The translations under genes and the position numbers were made by a program. Below are positions 10,028 through 19,547 of a DNA stretch of 64,000 nucleotides, in pieces (position 1 is the stretch's first letter; every line of letters begins with the position of its first letter). A model generated the notes under the pieces. The model was not told the DNA's origin, searched no databases, and saw nothing but the letters and a program-made list of their open reading frames with translations. This stretch comes from an uncultured Actinomycetota bacterium. GTDB lineage: Bacteria; Actinomycetota; Actinomycetes; JACCUZ01. The DNA lies in the NCBI GenBank assembly GCA_963728425.1, contig CAVSKC010000012.1:4504-68503 (forward strand), read 5' to 3'.

Positions 10028-11157
10028 CGCGCGAGCCTCTCGCGGGCCGACGGCGCCTGTCCAGCGGGCTGCAGTACGGCGGGAGGCGAGCCCCACGCGG
10101 CGTCCCCGGTCCGGGGCCGACCCAGGAGGAAGCCCTGGACCGCGTCGACACCGAGCAGTTCGAGGGTCTCGAGCTCGGCTCCGGTCTCGACGCCCTCACC
10201 GACCACCAGGCTGCCCGACTCGAGCGCGTAGAGGACCAGCGAGCCGACCATCGCCCGGCACGCGTCGTCCTGGTCGATGCTGGCGATCAGGGACCGGTCG
10301 ACCTTGATGATGTCCGGGCCGATCGCGACGATGTGCCGGAAGGTCGAGTAGCCGGACCCTGCGTCGTCGACTGCCAGGCGGATCCCGTGCAGCCGCAGCG
10401 TCTCGCGGGCGCAGAGCAGGGCCGGGTAGTCGTCGACGGAGGCGTGCTCGGTCAGCTCGACCACGATCCGCGTCGGGGGGAAGCCGGTGCCGAGCAACGC
10501 GGGCAGCAGGCCGGGGCTGAGCAGTGCCGCGGGGGAGGCGTTGACGGCGATGTAGAGGTGGTCCGGGAGGTGTGCCGCGGCCACCATGTGGGTCTTGATT
10601 GCCAGCAGCTCGAGCTCCACCCCACGCCCGACCCGGTCCGCGAGGGCGAACCACACGTCGGGAGGAGCGGGCGGGTCCGCAGCGAACCTGGCCAACGCCT
10701 CGACGCCCATGACCTGGCGGGACGCCATGTGCACGATCGGCTGGAACGCGCTCTGCACCAGACCGCGGGTGACGACCTTCTCGACCAGCACCTGGGCGCG
10801 TCGGCGCTCCATCATCTCGCGCACCGGGCCGCGCAGGACCCCGGCCAGGACGCCGAGCTGGATGGGGGTGAGGAGCAGTGTGAGCAGTGCCGCCAGGTAG
10901 ACGAGCGAACCGCCGGGTGTCCCGGCCCGGTCGGGGCCGAGCACGATGAACACCGGCGCGACGATGCAGACGGCGCCGTTGACGGTCGCCACGGCGACCA
11001 GGACACGCAAGGGCTTTCGGTCGAATCGCAGGGGGTGCCCTTCCGTCGGGGCCACGGATCTCGACCCTGGTGCTGATCTACCCTCACCTGTGCCCGTGCT
11101 CACTTTGCGCAAACAAATGGCTACGGAAAGTACCCATCCGCGCGGGCCAGCGAGCAC
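10015..11157 (-). CDS. Membrane-anchored stand-alone EAL phosphodiesterase
   Basis: Two hydrophobic segments then FQPIV, VEALARF, AVNAS, VELTEH, DDAGSGYS, KVDRS, GEGVET, QGF; true start probably downstream of the ORF start. Confidence 0.85.
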   Translation of the reverse strand: MLAGPRGWVLSVAICLRKVSTGTGEGRSAPGSRSVAPTEGHPLRFDRKPLRVLVAVATVNGAVCIVAPVFIVLGPDRAGTPGGSLVYLAALLTLLLTPIQLGVLAGVLRGPVREMMERRRAQVLVEKVVTRGLVQSAFQPIVHMASRQVMGVEALARFAADPPAPPDVWFALADRVGRGVELELLAIKTHMVAAAHLPDHLYIAVNASPAALLSPGLLPALLGTGFPPTRIVVELTEHASVDDYPALLCARETLRLHGIRLAVDDAGSGYSTFRHIVAIGPDIIKVDRSLIASIDQDDACRAMVGSLVLYALESGSLVVGEGVETGAELETLELLGVDAVQGFLLGRPRTGDAAWGSPPAVLQPAGQAPSARERLARWPG

Positions 11158-11210
11158 GCTGGCGCAGGCTTCGCGGTTTGCGGCGCGGGTGCGACGGGGA
11201 GGTCCCGGGC

Positions 11211-11483
11211 GTGACCACCACCGACACCGACGCCCTGCGACTGGCGCTGGCGATGGTCCGCGCCGACTGGCAGGACGACGAGGACGGCTGGGACCAGCTC
11301 TGGGCGGTCGCCGACGACCGGGCCGAGCTCGCCCGGGTGCTCACCCGTATGTGCCGGCAGAACATCGACCGGCTCGCGTCGGTGGCGGGGTTGTCCACCG
11401 CCGAGATGCTGCACCGGATGGCCGGGCAGCTGATCCCGCACCCGGAGCCCGGCGTCGTCGACCTGGTCGACCTCGGGCGCTGA
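11211..11483 (+). CDS. Hypothetical protein
   Basis: GGAGG RBS before GTG 11211, GC-rich third codon positions, fills the gap before map. Confidence 0.6.
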   Translation: MTTTDTDALRLALAMVRADWQDDEDGWDQLWAVADDRAELARVLTRMCRQNIDRLASVAGLSTAEMLHRMAGQLIPHPEPGVVDLVDLGR

Positions 11484-12335
11484 TCAGCCCGGCAGGGTCA
11501 GGATCTCGGGCTCGCCGTCGGTCACCAGGATCGTGTGCTCGAACTGCGCGGACTTCCGCCGGTCGCGGGTGACCACGGTCCACCCGTCGTCCCACATCTC
11601 CCACTCGTGCGTCCCGAGGTTGAGCATCGGCTCGATCGTGAACGTCATGCCCGCCTCGATCACCGTGTCGTGACCAGGGTCGTCGTAGTGGGGCACGACC
11701 AGCCCGGAGTGGAACGAGGTCCCGATGCCGTGGCCGGTGAACTCGCGGACCACGCCGTAGCCGAACCGCCGCGCATAGGACTCGATCACCCTGCCGATCA
11801 CGTTGATCGGTCGACCGGGACGCACCGCGCGGATGGCCCGACGCAGGGCCTCTTCGGTGCGTTCGACCAGGAGGCGGTCCTCCTCGGCCACGTCACCCAC
11901 GAGGAACGTCGCGTCGGTGTCGCCGTGCACCCCACCGACGTACGCCGTGATGTCGACGTTGACGATGTCGCCGTCCCTGAGCTCGGTGCTGTCCGGGATC
12001 CCGTGACAGACGACCTCGTTGACCGAGGTGCAGAGCGACTTGGGGAAGCCCTTGTACCCCAGGGTCGACGGATAGGCGGAGCGCTCGACGAGGAAGTCGT
12101 GGCCGACCCGGTCGAGCTCGTCGGTGGTCACACCGGGGGCGACGTGCCGCCCGACCTCGGCCAGCGCCTCGGCAGCGATCCGGCCGGCGACCCGCATCCG
12201 GGCGATCGTGTCGGCGTCCTTCACCTCGGGGCCGGTGTACCGGGCCGGTCCGGGACGCCCGACGTACTCGGGGCGCGCGATGTCGGGCGGGACGGAGCGG
12301 GTGGCGGACACCCGACCAGGAGAAAGCGTCGGCAT
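11484..12335 (-). CDS. map: Type I methionine aminopeptidase
   Basis: [50 protein letters not shown]. Confidence 0.97.
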   Translation of the reverse strand: MPTLSPGRVSATRSVPPDIARPEYVGRPGPARYTGPEVKDADTIARMRVAGRIAAEALAEVGRHVAPGVTTDELDRVGHDFLVERSAYPSTLGYKGFPKSLCTSVNEVVCHGIPDSTELRDGDIVNVDITAYVGGVHGDTDATFLVGDVAEEDRLLVERTEEALRRAIRAVRPGRPINVIGRVIESYARRFGYGVVREFTGHGIGTSFHSGLVVPHYDDPGHDTVIEAGMTFTIEPMLNLGTHEWEMWDDGWTVVTRDRRKSAQFEHTILVTDGEPEILTLPG

Positions 12336-12355
12336 GGTGCAGAAGTCTAGAACGG

Positions 12356-12395
12356 CGAAGGGGGCCGACCCGGCGATGCCGGGCGGCCCCCTTCG
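12356..12395 (-). terminator. GC-rich hairpin downstream of the histone-like gene
   Basis: CGAAGGGGGCCG-A-CCCGGC-GAT-GCCGGG-CGGCCCCCTTCG inverted repeat. Confidence 0.7.
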
Positions 12396-12411
12396 ACGGG
12401 ATTGGCGCTGA

Positions 12412-12906
12412 CTAGCGCTTGCGCGCCGCCTTCTTGGCGGCGGTCTTGCGGGTAGCGGTCTTCCGCGCGACCGTCTTGGCTGCCTTCTTGCCGGCGGCCC
12501 TGCGGACGGCGGTCTTCTTCGCGACCGTCTTGGCTGCCTTCTTGCCGGCGGCCCTGCGGACGGCGGTCTTCTTCGCCGCGGTCTTCTTCGCGGTGGTCTT
12601 GCGGGCGGTGGTCTTCTTCGCCGTCGCCTTCTTCGTGGTGCGCTTGGCCGCCGTCTTCTTGGCGGTTGCCTTCTTGGCGGTCTTGCGGGCGGTGGTCTTC
12701 TTCGCCGTCGCCTTCTTCGTCGTGCGCTTGGCCGCCGTCTTCTTGGCGGTGGTCTTCTTCGCGGTCGACTTCTTCGCCGCGCTGGTCCTCTTCGCCGGAG
12801 ACTTCTTAGCGGCCTTCTTGGCGGTCTTGGCCGTCGTTGTCTTCCGGGTCGAGCTGGTCGCCGCTGAAGTTGCCTTCGCGGTGTTCTCTTCCTCTGTCGC
12901 CGGCAC
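12412..12906 (-). CDS. Lys/Ala-rich histone H1-like protein
   Basis: About 160 aa of AKKT/ARKT repeats; GGAGG RBS then GTG 12906. Confidence 0.75.
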   Translation of the reverse strand: MPATEEENTAKATSAATSSTRKTTTAKTAKKAAKKSPAKRTSAAKKSTAKKTTAKKTAAKRTTKKATAKKTTARKTAKKATAKKTAAKRTTKKATAKKTTARKTTAKKTAAKKTAVRRAAGKKAAKTVAKKTAVRRAAGKKAAKTVARKTATRKTAAKKAARKR

Positions 12907-13133
12907 TAATGCCTCCTGCACTCGTACGTCGTCCCCATGGCCGACGTGTTCAACGAAAAAGATCGCACTACTGCGCACTCGTTACCAGCATTTCGTCGCT
13001 AACAGTTTCGCGCCGCGCCGCGCGTCAGATGCGACATTCACACGCACGAGATGTTGAGCGACTGTTGCACGAACCGTGAATCCCGTTGCGCTGCAAGGGA
13101 ATCCGACCGTACGTGGATGGGCGACGTGATGGT

Positions 13134-13745
13134 TCAACGATGCGGTGCGGGCCCGCTGACGCGTTCAAGAAAACGTGCAAGTTTCTCGCGCATTCCGGCG
13201 CGTGTTGCGCTTTCACCGGCCGCGATGCTCACCAGGTGCTGCACCGTGTCGATGTCGAGTGACGTCGGCATCGACCGTGCGACGACGAGCTCATTGCTCT
13301 CGCGCGGCACCACGATGCGGTCGTGCACGAGCGAACCGAGGTCGTCGTCACCGTCGTCGATCGACAGGATGGTCGCGCCGATACGTCGTGCGTCCGCGAC
13401 GCGTTCGAGCAGCTGTTCCGGTGCGGCGTCGGGTGCGACGACGAAGACGGTCTCGTCCTTCCGGGCGGCCTCGAGCCGCGCCATCGTGACCGACAGATGC
13501 GGCGGTGCCTCCGGTGGCGGAGCCCACCGCACCAACGTCGGCGACAGCTCGGGCCGGCCGGCCAGTCTCGACTCGTCGTCGAGGTGCGCGGCGAGGTGCC
13601 AGGGCTCCTCGTCCGGCGTGCCGACGAGGAGCAGGCCGCCGGGTGTCGTCGACCGGCGCAGCGTCACGGCGAACTCGCGGGTGCGCTGCACCCAGTCGCT
13701 GCCGCCCAGCAGGTCGCGCAGCGCCCGGGCGCGTTCGGAGTCCAT
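13134..13745 (-). CDS. Conserved hypothetical protein (possible SIS-like fold)
   Basis: GGLLLVGTPDEEPWHLAAHL...LLERVADARRIGATILS; alpha/beta pattern; co-directional after panB. Confidence 0.7.
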   Translation of the reverse strand: MDSERARALRDLLGGSDWVQRTREFAVTLRRSTTPGGLLLVGTPDEEPWHLAAHLDDESRLAGRPELSPTLVRWAPPPEAPPHLSVTMARLEAARKDETVFVVAPDAAPEQLLERVADARRIGATILSIDDGDDDLGSLVHDRIVVPRESNELVVARSMPTSLDIDTVQHLVSIAAGESATRAGMREKLARFLERVSGPAPHR

Positions 13746-13789
13746 CCGCCCATGCTGCCGGTAGCAGGTCGCCCCCGCAGCGCGACGCG

Positions 13790-14668
13790 CTAGTGGAAGG
13801 TGTGCTCCTCCGCGGGGTAGGCCAGGTCGGCCACGTCCGTGGCGAACGCGGCGGCGGCCTCGGACAGCGTGGTGCGCAGGTCGGCGTACCGCTTGACGAA
13901 CCGCGGCATCGGTCCGGACCGGAGCCCGGCCATGTCCTGCCATACGAGGACCTGACCGTCGCAGTCGACGCCGGCGCCGATCCCGATGGTGGGGATGCTG
14001 AGCTCGGCGGTGACTCGCTTCGCCACGTCCCCCGGCACCATCTCCAGCACGATCGCGAAGGCGCCGGCCCGCTGCAGCGCCAGGGCGCCGCGGACCAGGT
14101 CGTCGCCGGCGTCGCCGCGGCCCTGCACCCGGTAGCCGCCGAGGCCGTGCTCGCTCTGCGGCGTGAAGCCGATGTGCGCCATCACCGGGATGCCCGCGGC
14201 GACGATGGCTGCGACCTGCGGCACCACGGTGCCGCCGCCCTCGAGCTTGACCGCGTGCGCGCCGCCCTCCTTCATGAACCGCACCGACGTCGCGAGCGCC
14301 TGCTCGGGCGAGGACTGGTAGGACCCGAACGGCAGGTCGGCCACGACCAGCGCCGAGTGCGACCCTCGGGTCACCGCGCGCACCAGCGGCAGCAGCTCGT
14401 CGACCGTCACGGGGAGCGTGGTCTCGTAGCCGAGGACGTTGTTGGCGGCCGAGTCGCCGACGAGCAGCACCGGGATGCCGGCCTGGTCGAAGATCTCCGC
14501 GGTGAGCTGGTCGTAGGACGTCAGCATCGCGAAGTGCTCGCCGCGCTCCTTCATCGCCCGCAGGTGGTGCACCCGGACGCGCTTGCGCGGCGCGGCCGCA
14601 GCGGCCGGACCGCTGCCGTACGGCGCTGTCGACTCGGGTGCGGGGTCGGGACGGTCCGTCTCGGACAT
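13790..14668 (-). CDS. panB: 3-methyl-2-oxobutanoate hydroxymethyltransferase
   Basis: [46 protein letters not shown]. Confidence 0.97.
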   Translation of the reverse strand: MSETDRPDPAPESTAPYGSGPAAAAAPRKRVRVHHLRAMKERGEHFAMLTSYDQLTAEIFDQAGIPVLLVGDSAANNVLGYETTLPVTVDELLPLVRAVTRGSHSALVVADLPFGSYQSSPEQALATSVRFMKEGGAHAVKLEGGGTVVPQVAAIVAAGIPVMAHIGFTPQSEHGLGGYRVQGRGDAGDDLVRGALALQRAGAFAIVLEMVPGDVAKRVTAELSIPTIGIGAGVDCDGQVLVWQDMAGLRSGPMPRFVKRYADLRTTLSEAAAAFATDVADLAYPAEEHTFH

Positions 14669-14703
14669 ACGAGTTCCTTGCCTTTCCTCCTGCGGGACGC
14701 CGG

Positions 14704-16449
14704 TCATGGGCGGGGCGCGTGCTCCTGCCAGCGGTTGGTGATGGGCAGCCGCCGGTCGCGACCGAACGCCTTGAACGAGATCTTCGGCCCGGGCGGGTAC
14801 TGCCGCCGCTTGTACTCCGCGTGGTCGGTCATCCGGAGCACCTTCTCGACCAGTTCCTGGTCGAAGCCGGCCGCCAGCAGCTCGCCGGAGCCGCGGTCCT
14901 GCTCGACGTAGTCGTCCAGGATGTCGTCGAGGACGTCGTAGGGGGGCAATGAGTCGGTGTCGAGCTGTCCCGGCCGCAGCTCCGCCGACGGCTCCTTGCT
15001 GATCGACGCCTCCGGGATCGGCGCCTTGTCACCACGCGCCTCGGCGGCCGCGTTGCGCCAGCGCGCCAGCCGCCACACCCAGGTCTTGGGCAGGTCCTTG
15101 ATCGGGGCGAAGCCGCCCACCGCGTCGCCGTAGATCGTGGAGTAGCCCACGGCCAGCTCACTCTTGTTCCCGCACGCGAGCACCAGGTGGCCGTGCTGGT
15201 TGGACAGACCCATCCAGATCACCGCTCGGACCCGCGCCTGCAAGTTCTCCTCGGCAAGTCCGTCGAGGCGCAAGGCGTCCTCGAAGGCGGCGACCATGGG
15301 GGCGATCGGCACCGTCTGGAAGTTGAGGCCGGTGCGCCTCGCCAGGTCCTCCGCGTCGGTGCGCGACCCCTCGCTCGAGTAGTTGCTCGGGTTGGAGACG
15401 CCGTAGACGTTCTCCGCGCCCACCGCGTCGCAGGCGATCGCCGCGACCAGCGACGAGTCGATGCCGCCGGACAGGCCGAGCAGCACGCTACGGAACCCGT
15501 TCTTGCGGACGTAGTCGCGCAGGCCGAGGACGAGGGCGCCGTAGACCTCGGCCTCGTCCTCGAGGCGCTCGGCGATCCGTGCCTTCTCGGGCTCCCAGGC
15601 CGGCAGGGGGTCCGCCGACAGCACCACCCGGTCGACCTCGCTGGACGCCCCGTTGTCGGACTGCGCGTCAGGAAGGTCCAGGTCCACCACGAGCAGCTCG
15701 GTCTCGAACTGCGCGGCCCGGGCCAGCAGCGTGCCGTCGGCCGCCACCACCAGCGAGTCCCCGTCGAAGACCAGCTCGTCCTGGCCGCCGACCATGTTGA
15801 CGTAGGCAAGGGCGCAGCCCGCGCCGGCCGCCCGGCGCACCGCGAGGTCGAGCCGTACGTCGTCCTTGTTGCGTTCGTACGGCGACCCGTTGATGACCAG
15901 CAGCAGCCCGGCGCCGGCCTCGCGGGCACCTGCCACCGGGCCACCCTCCTGCCAGATGTCCTCGCAGATCGCTATCGCGACGTCGGCGCCGTGCACCCGG
16001 GCGACCGTGAGCGAGCGACCGGGCACGAAGTAGCGGTACTCGTCGAACACGCCGTAGTTGGGCAGGTGGTGCTTGGCGTAGCGAGCGGAAACTCGGCCGC
16101 GGTGCACGACGGCGGCGGCGTTCTGCGGCGCTCCCTTCGGCGTGCCGAGCACCGGGACGGCGTCAGGCGCCCCGTCCAGGTAGCCCACGACCACGACCAG
16201 CTCGCCGAGCCCCTCGGTCGCCAGCCGCGCGGCCAGGGCGTCCAGGGTCTGGCGGGAGGCGTCGACGAACGACCGGCGCAGCGCGAGGTCCTCCACCGGG
16301 TAGCCGGTGAGCACCATCTCGGGGAAGGCGACCAGGTGCGCCCCCCGGTCGGCCGCGTCCCCGGCCCAGCGCAGCACCTGCTCGGCGTTGCCGTCCAGGT
16401 CACCCACGACAGGGTTGATCTGGGCGAGAGCGACGCGCAGCTGGGCCAC
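14704..16449 (-). CDS. nadE: Glutamine-dependent NAD+ synthetase
   Basis: Nitrilase domain ([20 protein letters not shown]) plus [33 protein letters not shown]. Confidence 0.97.
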   Translation of the reverse strand: MAQLRVALAQINPVVGDLDGNAEQVLRWAGDAADRGAHLVAFPEMVLTGYPVEDLALRRSFVDASRQTLDALAARLATEGLGELVVVVGYLDGAPDAVPVLGTPKGAPQNAAAVVHRGRVSARYAKHHLPNYGVFDEYRYFVPGRSLTVARVHGADVAIAICEDIWQEGGPVAGAREAGAGLLLVINGSPYERNKDDVRLDLAVRRAAGAGCALAYVNMVGGQDELVFDGDSLVVAADGTLLARAAQFETELLVVDLDLPDAQSDNGASSEVDRVVLSADPLPAWEPEKARIAERLEDEAEVYGALVLGLRDYVRKNGFRSVLLGLSGGIDSSLVAAIACDAVGAENVYGVSNPSNYSSEGSRTDAEDLARRTGLNFQTVPIAPMVAAFEDALRLDGLAEENLQARVRAVIWMGLSNQHGHLVLACGNKSELAVGYSTIYGDAVGGFAPIKDLPKTWVWRLARWRNAAAEARGDKAPIPEASISKEPSAELRPGQLDTDSLPPYDVLDDILDDYVEQDRGSGELLAAGFDQELVEKVLRMTDHAEYKRRQYPPGPKISFKAFGRDRRLPITNRWQEHAPRP

Positions 16450-16493
16450 GACATCGAGCCTAGGGCGTGCCGACCGGCGCTGGCCGCCCGGGC

Positions 16494-19040
16494 TCAGACC
16501 CGACGGATCCGGCGCACGTCAGGTGCGCCACCGGTCAGCGGCGCTGCCGGCGACGCGTCGGCGACCTCGTCGGACTCGGTGTGCAGCCGGGTCGCGTAGG
16601 CCGCGAAGTGGTCGGCCAGCCAGGTCGTCATCACCGCGGCGGGCATCGGCCGGGCCAGGTAGTAGCCCTGCACGAGGTCGCAGTCGAAGCTCTCCAGCAG
16701 CCGCCAGCTCGCCTCGTCCTCGACACCCTCGGCGACGACCCGCAGGCCCAGGTCGTGGCCGAGGCCGATGACCGCCCGCACGATCGCGCGGTCGTCGTCG
16801 CGCTCGGCCAGGTGCCGCACGAACGAGCGGTCGATCTTCACCTCGTGCACCGGCAGGCTGCGCAGCCGCGTGAGCGAGGAGTAGCCGGTGCCGAAGTCGT
16901 CCACCGAGACGAGCAGGCCGAGGTCGACCAGCCGCTCCAGCGCGTGCACGGCCCGCTCCGGGTCCGAGACGATCGCGCTCTCGGTGACCTCCAGCTTGAG
17001 CAGCGCGGCCGGCAGCCCGGCCTGCACCAGCAGCCGCGCCACCGTGTCGGCCAGCTCGGGCTCCAGCAGGTTGCGCATCGAGATGTTGACGGCCATCAGC
17101 ACCGGCGTGCCGGCCTCGCGCCACGCCACGCACTGGCGCACCGCCGTCTCGATCACCAGCCGGGTGAGCGGCTTGATCAGGCCGGTGTGCTCGGCCAGCG
17201 GGATGAACTCGTCCGGCCGTACGTCGCCCCACAGCGGGTGGTTCCACCGCAGCAGCGCCTCCACGCCGGTCACCTGGCCGCTGCTGGGCACCGCCTGCGG
17301 CTGGTAGTGCAGCTCGAGGGTGCCCTCTTCGACGGCCCGGGCCAGGTCGCCGATCAGCGACAGCCGGCGCGAGCTGTAGGGGTCGCGGTCGGCGGCGTAG
17401 CGGGCGACACCCGTGAGGCCGTGCTTCGCGTCGTACATCGCGATCTCGGCCCTACGCAGCAGCAGGGCGGCCGACGAGCCGTCCCGCGGCGTGGCCGCGA
17501 TGCCGATCGACGCCATCACGTCGAGGGTGACCTCGCCGAGGTCGAACGGCCGGGACATGTCCCGGGTGATCCGGGCGACCATGCCCTCGATGTGCACGTC
17601 GTCGCCGCCGAGGAGCACCGCGAACTCGTCACCGCCCAGCCGGGCCACCACGGTCTCGCCGCGCTCGACCTGGCGCAGCCGGCGGCCGACCTCGCGCAGC
17701 AGGCGGTCACCGACGTCGTGCCCCAGGGTGTCGTTGACGTCCTTGAAGCGGTCGACGTCCATCAGCAGCACCGCGGCCGAGCCGTCGAGCTGCAGCCTCT
17801 TCTCCAGCCGCTGCTGGAAGTGCAGCCGGTTGGGCAGCCCGGTCAGCGGGTCGTGCAGCGACAGGTGCTCGGTCTCCTGCGCGGCCGAGCGCACCCGGGC
17901 CACCAGGCCGGAGTTCGTCAACGCGACGCTGGCGTGCCCGGCCAGGGCCTCGAACAGCTTGAGGTCGTCCTTGTCGAAGGTGCTCAGGGCGTCCAGCCGG
18001 TCGGTGACGAGGAAGACGCCGGTGATCTCGCCGCCGTCCCGCAGCGGCGCGGCCATCGCGTCGGAGTGACCTTCGAGCCGGAGCAGGTCGTACGCCGGGC
18101 TGACGTCCCCACGGGCGAGGAGCACCGGCGTGCCCTGGCAGGCAGCGGCCCACCACGTGTCGGCGTTGGGCTGGCAGAGCACCACCGAGGCGTTGCGGGC
18201 CCGGAGCAGCTCGCAGGCCTCAGCCCGCACCGTCTCCATCACCGACTCGCTCTGCAGGGCCTGGTCGACCGACCGGGTGAACTGGTAGAGCAGCTCGAGC
18301 CGGGCGTAGCGCAGCCGCTGCACGTGGAACCCGCGGTAGAGCACGTAGCTGAGCACGGCGAGCACGGCCAGCAGTGCCAGCGCCAGCGGGGACTCGAGCA
18401 CGACCAGCACGGTGACCAGGGCCAGGTCGGTGACCACGAAGGTGCCGAGCGCGACGATGCCGAACGTGCGGGGCACGGCCGCGACGTCCCAGGACCGGCT
18501 GCGCAGGCTGATGATGACGAAGACGGCGACCGCGCCCAGCACGTCGGCCGTGAGCACCGCGGTCAGCGTGGCCAGCCAGACCAGCGGCGTCATGTCCGGG
18601 GCCTGCACGGCGAACAGGTCGAGCAAGGAAGCGAAGACGAGGCAGGCCAGCGGCACCTGGGCGAGCATCGACGCCATGTTGAAGGCGAGCTTGATCGGCG
18701 GGTTGCGCCGCACCACCAGCTGCACGAAGCCCAGCCCCACCAGGGCGGCCAGGACCAGCTCGTCGGTCGTCAGGAAGAACAGGCCGAGCACCATCGGCGC
18801 CTGGTTGAGGGCGAGGGTGTGGTTGTCGCGGCCGAACGGCAGGTGCAGGGCGAAGGCGGACGTCAGCACGTAGACGCCGGCCACGGCCGGCCACCACAGG
18901 TGCGGCGTCAGGTGCGGCAGGACGGGCGGCGCGAAGGCCCACAACGCCGCCCCCGTGGCGCCGAGCAGCGCGCTGACCAGCCAGATCAGGCTGTCAGGCG
19001 TCGCTCTCGGCCGGGGCGCCACGTATCGATTGTGCGGCAT
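16494..19040 (-). CDS. Multi-TM sensor / GAF / GGDEF-EAL bifunctional c-di-GMP enzyme
   Basis: About 230 aa hydrophobic N-terminus (7-8 TM), GAF-like segment (AMAAPL..GVFLVTDR..F..DDLKLFEALA), intact ARLGGDEF, VEALLRW, DDFGTGYSSL, KIDRSF, AEGVE, QGY. Confidence 0.93.
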   Translation of the reverse strand: MPHNRYVAPRPRATPDSLIWLVSALLGATGAALWAFAPPVLPHLTPHLWWPAVAGVYVLTSAFALHLPFGRDNHTLALNQAPMVLGLFFLTTDELVLAALVGLGFVQLVVRRNPPIKLAFNMASMLAQVPLACLVFASLLDLFAVQAPDMTPLVWLATLTAVLTADVLGAVAVFVIISLRSRSWDVAAVPRTFGIVALGTFVVTDLALVTVLVVLESPLALALLAVLAVLSYVLYRGFHVQRLRYARLELLYQFTRSVDQALQSESVMETVRAEACELLRARNASVVLCQPNADTWWAAACQGTPVLLARGDVSPAYDLLRLEGHSDAMAAPLRDGGEITGVFLVTDRLDALSTFDKDDLKLFEALAGHASVALTNSGLVARVRSAAQETEHLSLHDPLTGLPNRLHFQQRLEKRLQLDGSAAVLLMDVDRFKDVNDTLGHDVGDRLLREVGRRLRQVERGETVVARLGGDEFAVLLGGDDVHIEGMVARITRDMSRPFDLGEVTLDVMASIGIAATPRDGSSAALLLRRAEIAMYDAKHGLTGVARYAADRDPYSSRRLSLIGDLARAVEEGTLELHYQPQAVPSSGQVTGVEALLRWNHPLWGDVRPDEFIPLAEHTGLIKPLTRLVIETAVRQCVAWREAGTPVLMAVNISMRNLLEPELADTVARLLVQAGLPAALLKLEVTESAIVSDPERAVHALERLVDLGLLVSVDDFGTGYSSLTRLRSLPVHEVKIDRSFVRHLAERDDDRAIVRAVIGLGHDLGLRVVAEGVEDEASWRLLESFDCDLVQGYYLARPMPAAVMTTWLADHFAAYATRLHTESDEVADASPAAPLTGGAPDVRRIRRV

Positions 19041-19104
19041 CCGGGCGCGCTGGGTGACCGATTGTGCGCTCCCGGGCCTGTCGGGTGACCCGGATGGCCC
19101 AGCC

Positions 19105-19317
19105 TCAGTGGCCGATCTTGTTCCAGATCGACGCGGCCTGGTGCGAGTTCCAGATCGAGGCCGCCTCGTGCGACGTCTTGCTGTTCCAGATCGACGCGGC
19201 CTGGTTGGCGCCGGCGGTGCTCAGCATGCCGGCCAGGAGGGCTGCGGCGACGAGCGCGAGGGCAGCCAGCAGGCCGATGAAGGGGGAGATGGTGCGAGCG
19301 ACGGCGGTCTTTGCCAT
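19105..19317 (-). CDS. 70-aa secreted peptide precursor with three (Q/E)AASIWN repeats
   Basis: GGAG RBS 8 nt before ATG; basic N-region, hydrophobic H-region and AGA cleavage site; mature part NQAASIWNSKTSHEAASIWNSHQAASIWNKIGH; repeats differ at synonymous positions. Confidence 0.85.
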   Translation of the reverse strand: MAKTAVARTISPFIGLLAALALVAAALLAGMLSTAGANQAASIWNSKTSHEAASIWNSHQAASIWNKIGH

Positions 19318-19508
19318 GTGCGGTGCTCCAGAGGTTTCGGCCCGGGACTGGGGGCGTCGGGGGGATATCCGAATGATCGACGTTGCTCTCTCATGGAAGT
19401 TCCATGAGACGCCGTTGACTCGGCAAAGGATGGTTTTGGGCACTCGGCCGGCGCTCCCCGAACGGGTTCAGCGGACGGTGCGCATGCACTACCGACCGGA
19501 CCGGCGCT

Positions 19509-19524
19509 GTAACACGGCGGAAAC
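19509..19524 (+). promoter_or_regulatory. Putative GlnR box (one a/b pair) upstream of glnA2
   Basis: GTAAC-ACGGCG-GAAAC matches GTnAC-n6-GAAAC. Confidence 0.7.
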
Positions 19525-19547
19525 ACCGGCGCGGCACGATCACCGGC

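Noticed and set aside
699-11483. Integrative element at the rnpB 3' end
   Set aside because: No integrase and no duplicated rnpB end were seen.
13040-13130. c-di-AMP riboswitch-like GAATCC...AAGGGAA
   Set aside because: Downstream conserved elements are missing and the orientation is opposite to the flanking genes.
19120-19204. Three ~21-nt direct repeats as a mini CRISPR array
   Set aside because: Spacers are only 6-15 nt, the repeats are in frame and vary synonymously, and no cas genes are present; they encode peptide repeats.
19105-19317. RiPP precursor
   Set aside because: No modifying enzyme or dedicated exporter is adjacent and the leader is Sec-like; processing in trans cannot be excluded.
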